Origin: Eutreptiella sp. 'Long Island Sound 2002'
Taxonomy: Eukaryota > Protista > Euglenida
Length of the DNA: 64,000 nt
Reading direction: 5' to 3'
NCBI GenBank assembly: GCA_964036045.1
Contig: OZ038378.1
Coordinates: 8,680,001 to 8,744,000 of the forward strand
A program made the position numbers and the translations under genes. Below, piece after piece: positions 24,284 through 35,655 of the stretch. Under the pieces are notes generated by a model. That model searched no databases. It worked only from the letters and a program-made list of their open reading frames with translations, and was not told where the DNA came from. Within the stretch, counting starts at the first letter, position 1, and each line of letters opens with the position of its first letter.

Positions 24284-26524
24284 AAAAAGCGTGGATCAGG
24301 GCTGCGTATCAAAAGTGGCCCAAAAAGATGCCTGGCTCGCGCCCGGCATGCTGACACTCCCCCGCAGTCCAAAGGCGCATCCAGGTGCGGGTGCATAGCC
24401 CATGTTCGATGCAAAGATACAAATCCCGCCCGCCCACACACAAGGTAAGGGTCAGCGGGGAAAGAATGCGATTTCAAGAGCATTACTCCTTGCTTAGTTG
24501 GTGCTACTAGGTTCCTCTGGTTAAGAACCATGTGCGATCGGAGGGCCCTTTTCAAGCTTTGGGACAAGTGTGCACTGCGTTGGGGCTGCATGCACATTGG
24601 CGTAGGAGCCCACCTTGTATAGCCATGGCTACCATGACCTCCCGAGAGCACCCATACACGACTCATCATTATCGTCATCTTCTCCACAAGTATCCTCGAC
24701 TACCAATGACCCATAATACTGGTTTACATGCAGAGCATAGTGAGGCTGAAATTGGTGCTAGGACTCCTATTGGTAAAAAAAATTGCACTGCGTGGGTATT
24801 GCATGCCCTTTTGAGAGCTAGAAGCCTTGTTTGTTCAGATTTATGTCAGGGTAAGGACTAGCAGGGGGTGGGCAGCAGGCAGAAGGAGTACTACACCTAA
24901 TATCCTCTCTCTGCATCACATACCAAGTCAGGGAGGAATCTAGGGGTTGCACTGTTGGACTGATCTGCATTGCATTACCTGTGTGTTCCACGTCCAGCAC
25001 CTCTTTGGGGGTGCACCAGCATCTCGCCGGATGGAGGGCCATATTTATTGGCATTTGTTTGTTCAAACCATAACTCAGGCATGTCCATTTTTACGGCAAC
25101 AACTTTCAATAGGAAAGTGCGGGAACAAATTTGCACATTTGTTGCTAAAACCCATATGGTTATTGTAAACTCATGAATCCTGTGACCTCCTGAGAGCACA
25201 AGAAAAGTAGCAAAGTAGCAATTCATCATTGTCATCATCTTCTCCAAAGGCATCATCATCTGCCCATAACCCATGATACTCGTCACATAACTCAGTGGGG
25301 TGTATGTCTCTTTGTGCCTCACTCCCAGCTCCCACCTCCTCCATGCTACTTTCAGCAACGGTGCCCAGCAGTTGGCATGGGTAACACTGTGCAGCGTCCC
25401 CAGTCTCTGCTCCTATTTGGCTTGTTGAGTTTCGCCGGATACATGAATACTTGAAACTGAAATTGGGGTATTTTTTTTTTTGCTTTTGGTGAACATAGTC
25501 CGATAGCTGCGAAGGTGAGTTCTCAGCAAGGAATTGCTACATTTTGGCGCAAGGCCAGAGTCATATAGTATCTTTGAGACAGGCCTACCCCTCACAAAGA
25601 GAGGGGACACTGTTTTCTCCTGATGACACTGCAGAGTAAGCTGCCTGGTGCCAGCCACGCCTTCGCTATAAAGGCAAAACCAGGAAGAAGTGAAACCAAT
25701 GATCGATGTGGGAAGAAGATCTTGCGACTGAAATTGGGTTCATTGCAAAACCATCTTACGTTGCGCATGATTTTGAGACATAGAGGGGGTGTTTGCCCAG
25801 CATGCTACTTTTGTACCAAGCATCGTAGATTTTGGCCCCAGACCTACATCGGGTTTCCAGCAACAATCAGTGGTAAGCCAACATACTTATCAGGAGTTGG
25901 AACCCCTACCTCGCCTACATGTTGGTTGCTGCCATTTTTGTGTTCCTCTGGTGAAGAAAAGGTATGGTCCCGTCACACCACATGTGTCCTAGGGAAACCT
26001 TCCAAAAAAAAAAAGTGCTTCGGCAACCTCGGCACATAAAATCTTTGGTCTTGCATCGGCGCACCAGTCTTGGTCTCTACTTTACTACCCCGTATGGTTA
26101 CGTGAAAGCTGTCACGTGTGTGGTGTTATTGGAGCTATGCTTAGGGCTGCGTGAGAGGTTGGGGGCCCGTTCATGAAACCACCCGTTACTACCCCCCCAC
26201 CCCCGGTCCAAACAACGGAAAAGTTCTGAAAAATTGCAGAAGTAACACCTCATGTTGTTTAGACAAGCGGGGGGGTTCATAAAAGGCAAAGTAGGACATG
26301 CAAAGTAGGACATAGTTCCGAAAGTCGTGGAAACAACAAATCGCGCTATTTGGCCTTAGATCGACGATAGTCATCATCCTCCAGAATCATTCTGGCATTC
26401 TAATAATACTTCATGTATCATGCGGCGGAGCCGCGACACGCATTGAGGTGGTTCACAGCTCTGAATCAAGGGTCATCTGGGTAAAAATACTTTAATGTGA
26501 ACACACATCCATCAAGAGCTGCAA

Positions 26525-28608
26525 GTGCATCTGCTCTTGGGGGCTTCGAACTGTCAATGGGTCAATGGAGGTAGACAACCTCCCATTGTACTTCTGAAGG
26601 AAAAAACAAAAAGACACTTATTGAAATTGTCCAAGCAACGTGAGTGGTGGGAAACAGACTACAGTACGGACGCCACTATGTGGACGGGCAAGAGAGTAAC
26701 CAAGAGTCATTCTGACTTGGCCAAAAGGCACCGTCCTGACCTGAAACCCAATCGGTGGTGGCGCCTAACGGTGCCTTGCTGGACAGCATGAACATTCTGT
26801 TATGGCGCCTGACGCCGCCTTGCTGGACAGTTCGGAGATTACCCTGTGGTGTGGACCAAGCCGGCGGATGCACTACTGCTGCAAATGGATGCTCTGTCGC
26901 GAGGCAATCACTGGGTGAAACCAGACGCCCAGAGGCCTGGCGAACTGTGGATCCGCTTTGGATTGGATGGGGTTCCCCTATGGAAGAGCCATGTTGTGGC
27001 CGGCACATTGGCGCCTTGTTCACACCTTCGAGATCTCAAGCAACATAGCCCTGATCGTCATTTTGTTTGCATACTATTTCGCGGATATGACACCAAAGAG
27101 CTGCTGAAGCAATGCTTGCAAAAGAGCGGATACCTTGGTAGCGTGGACGACCTGAACGGCAGTTGTGTAACGATTAACGGTACACACTATGTCGTGAGAC
27201 TATTTATTTGTGGGGACCACATGTTGATGTCACAAATCAGGCAGGGATAGGCCTACATCCACACGGCCAGAACGCCATCCTTGCCCCTATTGTGCAGCAC
27301 CCGCCCCTGATGTCCTTAATTATGCAGCTCAGGCCATAAAGGTGGTTTGCTGAAACGTACAGGCGTCCACCACCGCCTGTCGTACATCCATATGGTTCAT
27401 ATTGCCAGTGCATTCATATGCTGTTCAATCACACAGGCTCAACGTGTCCCCTTCTTGGTTGGGGTGCTCCACTATCTATGTACATAGTCGTGACTGGGCA
27501 CAAAAGTCAAACAGGCCAATGTCTCCGTGCCGCAGAGCATCCACATGCACCGGAGCCAAATTGGACTTTGCATCAGGTCCCCCGGGGAGGGGGACCCCTT
27601 TGGGGGCATGGGGTGTACCTCAATCGAGTACATAGCGTGACTGGGTACAGAAGTCAATCAGATCCTGTCGCTACCACAGTTTCAACCTCAGATTAGGTGC
27701 ATTCTTGCCTGCTCACTCTGACATGGGAGAAGGCCCCTGTGTCTCAGAACAGCCAGAGTCCAGAGTGGTAGGTGATTCTGGTGGGGAGTGCCCTGAACGC
27801 TCAGGTCTTGGCAATGTCCCTTGGGGCAGAGGCCATGTTTGTTGGAATACCAGCTGCACAGCATGCCATCGACTGCAGTCATGGCATGGTGAATGTGTTG
27901 TGCGGTGTGTGTCTCCCTGTTGTTGAAAACACGTTGATAGAGTGTGGTTGGACCAACAAAGATTTGAATGACTATTTTGGTACCCTTAACGTGGACCCCA
28001 TGTCGTATGTGGTTGGAGGCGAGGTCACTGGTGATGGGCTCCCACGATCCATTGACAATGCATTAACATTCTTTGAGAAGATATGCTACAATCAAATTGA
28101 TACGACACTAAAATTGGTTTGTCATGACATCATTCGCCTTGATGGGCAAGACCACAGCAAATCAGACCTAATTGCAGCCATGTTCGAGCATGTTGCCATT
28201 ATGGTGAGTGTGGCATACACTCCTGAACCAACATTGTCATAGGTTGACATGTGTGAGACAAGCGCACGCGCATTGCGGCGTATTTGGAAAACGCTGGATG
28301 CACCGACGACACCATGGGGCCATGTGTGGACGGCACATGTACCACAGTTCCTACGGCTCTGGGGAACGTTGTTTCCTTTCTTGTGCCACGGCTTTGAGGG
28401 ACGTTGGAGGGACCTCAAGGTTGAGATTCGGCATATTGCCCATGGGCAATGGAAAGGTGCCTCGTGTGGATTTGAAACGGTTTTGCAGTATAGTATTGTC
28501 CGTTGGACGCTACGGAAGCTTGGCATTGCCTTGCATGGTCGCACTTGTAAAGTACGCAAAACCAGCTCTTGGTTGTGGCAAAGGTATAATGGTTTCATGG
28601 ACCAATAG
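26525..28608 (+). pseudogene. RAG1/Transib-like DDE transposase (second family), fragmented, probably intron-containing
   Basis: Collinear motifs across ORFs: GGRQPPIVLLKEKTKRHLL (NBD-like), IRFGLDG (D1), LFRGYDTKE, LFICGDH (D2), CPYC after a +1 shift at ~27242, IDCSHGMVN, and TPWGHVWTAHVPQFLRLWGTLFPFLCHGFEG (H-x4-H and catalytic E; compare RAG1 [31 protein letters not shown]). Candidate 39-nt GTGAGT..AG intron at 28204-28242. Confidence 0.8.
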
Positions 28609-29830
28609 CTATACGGGACGAAGCACCAAGAGCACTTTTTTCAATTGAACATTCAAGAGACTGTGCAAGCAGTACAGGGCAGTGGCATATATGCACTCAC
28701 AAACGGGGGCACACATGTGGCCGTCCACCTGATCACTTGTATATGCATTGCTTTCTGTACCTGCAAACCCCGACTTTCTAGTACTCTCTACAGCTTGTTG
28801 GGGCTATACCTGTCCGTGTTCCTCGTGGTAATACTAACTTACCCTCGACTCTGCACCGTGTGTGTCGTGGCTCCGTACCGTGCCGTTTACTTACGGTGTG
28901 GTCTCGAGGCTTGTGGTGTGTGTTTGTGGCGTGGATATGCTTGTGTGCCCTCGTATGCCCTTGTACTTGGCCACGGCGATGCACTCACGTGTGGGGCGAT
29001 TCAGGCAGGCCCATGCCATGCACATGTCCCTAGCCTCCGTAACTGCACTCACCTGTGGGGCGTCTCAGGCAGGCCGAGGCCATGCACACGTATTAGGCTA
29101 CAGCGATGCACATCTCTACACGTGTCACGACACCAGCACAGCATGGGAACAGCCAGAATATATGCACTTATATATATGCCCGGCGGCATGTGTACACAAT
29201 GCAAAAGCAAAACGAGCAAAAGGCTCAACAGTGTTTTCAGAACATAACCTGCAGATCCACAGTGAAGCAGTGCGAAGAGTGGGTGCCTCGTCGTACGTCC
29301 ACAAGATCATTCTCCGGTTTTCGCCTAAAACTCTTAACAAAGCATATGCATTTCATGTTGTTTCACATGCCATGGTGCCCACCCTGCCCTGCCCATTGTC
29401 GTCCCTGGTCGTACCACAGCTTGACTGTATGTAAAGGTATGACATGCAACAGGTTTCGTGCCTTGAACCGCACCCGTATGTGCATCCACCACCACCCCCA
29501 TCTATATTTCTTGAAGCCACACCCTTGGATAATACATCGGACATTAGCCTCTAAAGATCTGAGCGACCCATGTAGCTGGAATGTCTTATGTGTTAGGGCA
29601 GGAATCATAGATTGTAACACAGATGGGGAGTTTGGCGACCAAGGGTCAGGCCAGCGCTGCCAGAGCCGCACAGCAGGTCCCATGCCATGGCACATAGGCA
29701 CCCCCTTTATACACATGTCAAAGCAGGGCTCAGTAAGCAGGCGGGTGTCACACCAATCGGCAGCTACTCCTGTGGTTTCCCACTTCATTGGTATGTCATA
29801 GATGGCATGGTGCAGAATTTCAACAAACAG

Positions 29831-30719
29831 AGCAACTACTCCTGTCTTGTTTGTCTGCAAAACCCAGTGTCCTCTTCAGTGACACACAAGCACAGCACAA
29901 AGCGCCTGGAAGGCCATAGGATCCATTTTCTCTGCGGTGAAACAGTGCAGGATCAACTTTCAGTACACCGGGGTCACTGCTGTGAACTCTGCCCTGCTGT
30001 GTGGTGCAGTGCTGGTTCAGTGCAAGTGGGCAAACAGCAAAATCGGTCTGCAGAATGTGACTGTGCACTGTGGTGCTGTGTCTCAGTCTGTCATTGTATG
30101 CATGCACACAATTCGACTCTCACTTTATTGTTACGTGCTTGGTGACAGTCCCCACTTTCGCAAGCTTTTGTGTAGCAGGGGTGTCCACCAGGAGTGTGGG
30201 TAACCTTTGATAGCCAAGTCGGCGGTGATGAGGTTGACATTCTGTTGTGCATCTGCCCTAGTGTCTCTATAATATCCTGAATTTTTTGCCAGTGTGGGTA
30301 CGAGGGATTTCAGCGTCCCTTTGGCCTTTGGTGCATGGGCATCAGGATAGCGCATGAGGAACTGGTGTGGGGCTGTGTGTTTGAGGCTTTTGTCTGCCAA
30401 GCGGAGACACACACGGGGTGGATGATGGGCTGGGTTTTGGGGCTCCATAGTCATGTCTCCCTGCAGGGTGATCCAGTGGTCACCCCCCCCCTCCCATTGG
30501 AGGTCCAGGTTGTAGATACCTTCAAACGTCGCTTGCAGCAAATCTACTGGGGTGTCAGCAAACATAATGCCATTTATGTTATCTCGGAATCGCCCCGGTG
30601 TGGCAGGTAGGTGACATGGATGTGTGGTGAGTGGGGCTGCAGGTGCAAAGGGTAAATACAGTGGAAAATACAGGTGCTCACTGAGCATGCATTTGGCACT
30701 GGCCAGCTGTGAGGAGCAG
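29831..30719 (-). repeat. PLE-A 3' pseudo-LTR
   Basis: Matches 42440-43328 over 889 bp with only a handful of substitutions. Confidence 0.95.
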
Positions 30720-33700
30720 GGTCCTCCTATCGCCAGGCCTCGTTTTTGACGGAGAACCCAGTTGGAAAACACAAAGGCATCATTACAGAATATGTCAAAA
30801 TAGACATAGCGGAGCACTTGGTGAATGTCGATGTTATGGTACAAATCTGGACTACCTGATCCTATTCTATCGAGTTTGTGATCTATTCGATTCACTGCAA
30901 AACGAAGTAGCCCTCTCTGCGGTCTTCCCCGTGGTCCTGGAGCCTGGGCCACTAAAGCAGCAATAGTGGAGATGGACGTCCAGACATCATTTCTATCAAG
31001 GGAAGGGAACATAGCCTTTATGTCCAATTCAAAGAGTGCGACAGGTCTATTCAGGTCACCCTGTTGCCACTGTTCACATAGTTGGTGGTTCCACAGACGG
31101 ACGGTGGGCAGGAGGTCTTTGCAGTGAGGCATTTCTAGTGTGTTCAGGACACGAGCACCCTCGGTTATGAACATCTGGAGGCAGCGGCTTATGTGGCGAC
31201 CTCGCGCGCGCAGGGGGTGGCGGTAATGTGAAAAAACCAATCTAGTCTTTCAATCTATGGGGCGTAGGGGCGATAGCAGTCTAGGGGCAGTACCCCAGTG
31301 GTCAGGGAGGTGACTTGGATGGTCTACAAGGCGGTAGATTAACCTGCTGAGGCGCCAATGCAATCTGTCCCACGGCTCGAAGCGCGTGGTGTGCAAGATT
31401 TGTCGGTTAGCCCACAATAGCATAAAGGAGTTGGCCACACAAAGGGACCAGAATGCCGGTATGTCACTGAGATATGGCCATATGGCAACCCTCCAGAGGT
31501 GAGCAAGGAGCACATCAATGCAGAAGGGCTGTGGGGGCACGCGCCAGTTTTTCAGTTCGTCAAGCTTGTTTTTTGGGACATCGCGGACTGTGGGGGGGCC
31601 TTTCTTTTTCCCGTCCACCCCGTGGCGGTCCACCCCGTGTAGTGCAGCCATATCTTTGATGTGTCGCATTGCCCATGCGCGCGCATCACGACCCGATGGT
31701 GCGATGTGTATGATCTCAAACTGCTGGGGGTCTTGGATGTCCTGCAGTGTACGTTGGATCATTCCTACTCTACACACGGCGGCCAGTTTACCCATATTTT
31801 TATCACGGCCTTCAAACACCCATTGGGGTGCCCATTTATCACGGATAGCCCGGACACATTGTTCCCATCCATACCAGGGCATTGTGATGTGTTGTGCCCG
31901 CCAGCATTGGCGTGCACAGGAGAGGAGTGAGGAGTACAGGTGGGACGCCTGCTTGTCTCCTACACGCGCAGGGAGCAGTTTTACAAGTACATCTCTAGCT
32001 GACTGCACAACAGATTTGCGGACAGAGTGCCATGTGGGGCAGACATCATTGTTCCCATGCTGCAACAGGACCCTGGAGTCAACCCCAAACACCCTGCGGA
32101 GCAATTGTGGGTGGCGGATGAATAGGTGCCCCTGGACCAGGGGTATATTGAGCCGTCGTGCCAGTGTGGCACAGTGGCAAGGCTGAGACGCTACATGCTT
32201 CATTGCATCAACAGTGTCGTATTTTATGTCATCCTGTAGCAACTGGCTGACAGTGGGGTTACGTGTGCTCACAAGGCGTGCGCTTTGCACCATGTAATTG
32301 CGGTAATGTGTGGGGAGTGGCAGGGAACGCAAGAAATCTTTAAACATTGTTAAGAGGGGGAAAGCGTGCACGTGTGTCATAGCCGGCACTCGTAGCGGCA
32401 CGTGGTTGGGCAGTGATAGTCCCGTTTGTGCATTAATTCTGTGTGCAACCTTTTGGTAACAACGGTTTCTCAGGGGTCCTGGGAAGTGTTTTTTGGCCCA
32501 TGTGAGAATTTTCAGTTGTACATGCAGTGGGACGTTGCACTTTAGCTTGTCTGCAATATGGTGTGTCATGCGGGCAAGTTGTGCTTTGGTGTATTTGGGT
32601 AGTACCAGGTTGCCATTGAGTAATAGCTTCCACTTGGGGTCTGTGGGGTACACACCGCGGACATTCAAAGTGTGCCCCATTTTTCTGATCCAGAAAAGTT
32701 CACGCACGTCAGCCATGTTTTTGGGGCAGGCTTCAAGTATTGCGACGCCAAAATTTTCAGGGCCCAGGCGGAACGTGGTGGGGTATAGCAGCCCCATACC
32801 CCTGATGCCTCGTCTGCCATACAGGCTGTGCCAGGATCGTGCAGACCTGATGTGTTGCATAAAGCGGACAATCGTTTTTTTGAGTTGGCCAATGCCTCCT
32901 GTTTGGCCCACATATATACGTTGGGTACGGGTTGACCAAATGGCATAGATCCACGTACCTTCAGTGTCAAGTGGTAGGAAGGGTTTGTGACAAAAGGCAT
33001 AGAGTCGGCGGAGCCACCGGCATGGTGCCACCGCAAGGAGTTGGTTCATTGCATTGAGGTGGGACACCCCTTTGTGTTGGGGCCACCTGTGGGCTGCACG
33101 TGCCTCAGCAGTGAGTGTGTCCCATTGAGTCCAGAATTCGCCACGGAGTTGTGGCTTGCTGGACCTCTGGCACGTCCCAGGTGGTGGGGGGGAGAATGTT
33201 GCTCCGATTGTACGTGCTTGGGTCCCAACATGTGACGTCACATCATTTGTGGACACCAGTGTGTCAGTGGTTCGTGTGATCCAGAAAGCAGTCAGGTGCA
33301 TGTGTGCCGGCTGTGTGTGTTTGTGAGCGTGGTCGCGCAGCAGTGGGAGTGTGTTGACTTTCCCTGTGAGGATGCCGCAACATTGTGTGGGCATTTCACT
33401 GCACCAGGTTTGCAGGATGGAACTGAAGGGGTGTGTGTCAAGGCACAGTATTATGACACTGGTTTTCTTGCTGTGTTGTGTCATTCTGGCCCGCAGTGTT
33501 GGTAGCAGTCGTGCAGGTGTGTCTGGCTGGATGAGCCATAGGCAGCGGCAGTCCTCTGGTGAGCTGAAGATCCAATCAGGTTCAGCCACACATCCTATCA
33601 GTTTTTCCGCTGGCACAATGGCAGTTACACGGCGTGCTCCCATGTGACTTGGTGCTATGCCGATCACTGTATCTAGTTTAAATGTCTGTCGCCATAGGTA

Positions 33701-33877
33701 CTCCCATGGTCTGGGCACAGTCCAATGGCTACCTTGGAAAAAGAGTCTGGTGTCATGGTATTGTGTGTGTATTGTGTGTGCAATCGCTGTGAAATCATGG
33801 GCATCCAACGCGGCGACCTGTCTCCAGTTTGTGATGGATTCTAGGTCCGCATAGTGTTGCCATACGCGATATGCCAT
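30131..33877 (-). CDS. PLE-A GIY-YIG endonuclease + reverse transcriptase (one in-frame TGA at 31250-31252)
   Basis: WIYAIWS..IYVGQTG..RFMQH..ELFWI..LN (GIY-YIG) precedes RT motifs RDKNMG, ELDIKAMFPSL, GLAIGGPCSSQLA and RFRDN. ORFs 31250..33877 and 30131..31240 are in the same frame (gat TGA aag act aga ttg). Confidence 0.9.
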
Positions 33878-34337
33878 ATGCGATTAATCGTAGGCGACGT
33901 GCGCAGGTGCTGCTGGAGCAGCTGCAGCATTTTTCGGTGGGGGTGGAGCGCAAAGAGGGGGACACATTTATCAAAGGATGAAATATCAATGGAGGCAGCA
34001 TCATACATTGACCGTTCAAGTACTACCCTGTGTCGCCGGATGTTATGTTGCACTCTCAGTAACCACTGTCGCTCCGTTTCATCTCGTTCTGCTACACAGC
34101 GGCGCAGTCTGGCAATGGCTTGCGCAATATTTGCAGGTTGCTGCAGTGTTGGTAGCGGGGGGATTATTATGAGTGGGGGGTGTAGTGGCTAGGAGAAAAC
34201 ATAGTCGGTCCAGTACCCAGAGGTGGTTGTCTTTTTGGTGAATGTCCGGAGGGCTTTCAGGTAGAGGGGAGAAGGAGTGTGTGGGGCAGGATGGACAAAC
34301 AATTGCCTGTAGGAGGCACGGCATGCTTCAATATCAA

Positions 34338-35181
34338 TCATGATGGCTCTGTTCCTGCGGGTCTGGTAGGTGCCGGCGCATGGGTCGCAGTACGTGGGCG
34401 TTTGCCGGACATTCTAGCTGCCAGCGCGGCAGTGGAATCTTCCTGGTCCTCGTACCAACAGGATTTTAAATTCTCTACGAGGATAGGTGGCGTATTTGGC
34501 GAGAAGTCAGTCAATTTTCCCCACCATTTGTTGTCATCGATAGTGGACAGGATTGTGACTCTGTAGGCAATCCACTCGTGGGTTTCATTGACATTTGTTC
34601 TTGGCGGCACGTGTATGAAGCCGGTTTTCATCGCCCGCACTCCCGGGGATGCCGGCAGGCGCTTTCTTGAGTCTCTGATTTCCATCGGAGTATTGGCAGC
34701 ACTTGATATGGACAGTCGGCGGGATGGATCTGGTGATTGTTGGGTCTCTGGTACCACGTCGCCTCCTTTTCCATCAGCTCTGTGTGTTTGTGGTCTTTGC
34801 GCCAGTGGCGTCGGGGTGGGATGTCGTCCATTACTTCGTGGGTCTTGCGGTGTTTCATCCACATCATCCCATGGCGTTAGCGATTCGTCTGCGTCTTCCT
34901 CATTGTCACTCACAAATTCTTTGTCTTTGTCCATCTTTGACGCAATAAATTTCAAGATATCTCTGTCTTGTCTTCGATTTTTATGCAGCACCGTGAGTGA
35001 GGCGTCCATTTTATCCATTCGCTTGGTCATGAGTTCATTGTTGGTTTTCAGCTCAGCGACATCGTTCCGTACTTCCTTCATGTTCTGCTCTAGTGCATCA
35101 ACGCGCCCTTTCTCTGCGTCAGTCATTCCAGCTCCATTTGACCCTGTCGCCTGGACTTCACTATAGTCTGGTAGTCGTCCA
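34338..35181 (-). CDS. PLE-A ORF1, 3' half (coiled coil + low-complexity region)
   Basis: Heptad-like VDALEQNMKEVRNDVAELKTNNELMTKRMDKM. It joins in frame to 41519-42173 once the transposon and one CA copy are removed (..VQSC|GRLPDYS..). Confidence 0.75.
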
Positions 35182-35440
35182 TGTACCCTTCGTGAACGGC
35201 CGTTAAGTGGCCGTTTGAATAATTGCGTGAATTTCACGTGAATTTACCCAAATTTTGAGGTTTTTGGGGGAAAATGCCATATTCTTGGTTCATTTCAAGG
35301 GCTTTGAGGGGCCAAAATTCCTCCCCTAGCTTTGTTACGCATCATCCAATGAAAGTCCCGCCCCAAAAGCATGCATCATGACCGCACCGTGCCCAAAACG
35401 AGAGGTGCCGGAACCCGGCAAGCCTGTAGCCGATTCACAG

Positions 35441-35510
35441 CCGTGAATTCACGTGAATTCGTACGAAATTCGCACGAAATTCGTACGAATTTCACGTGAA
35501 TTCACGTGAT
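35441..35510. repeat. GAATTC/GTACGAATT palindrome array 1
   Basis: Tandem and inverted copies of GAAATTCGTACGAATTT and CACGTGAATT. Confidence 0.9.
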
Positions 35511-35655
35511 TTTACACTAATGTTACCCGTGTGCACCCCCTGATTTGTCCTCACACCCCTAGTAAGCCCCCCAGCATGCACCCCGGTCACAGGCAACAAT
35601 GGTCTGGGTTCGTAAGGTCATCTCATGTCCGTCTCTTGCGGCACCGGAACCGCCG

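Noticed and set aside
29125-29830. Transposase- or zinc-finger-like fragments (VEILHHAIY, WICRLC) flanking PLE-A
   Set aside because: Too fragmentary to assign; no catalytic motif series could be assembled.
29831-30131. Hammerhead ribozyme in the PLE-A pseudo-LTR (CTGAAGA on the minus strand at ~29872)
   Set aside because: No stem II/GAAA follows, and the core is mutated in the second copy.
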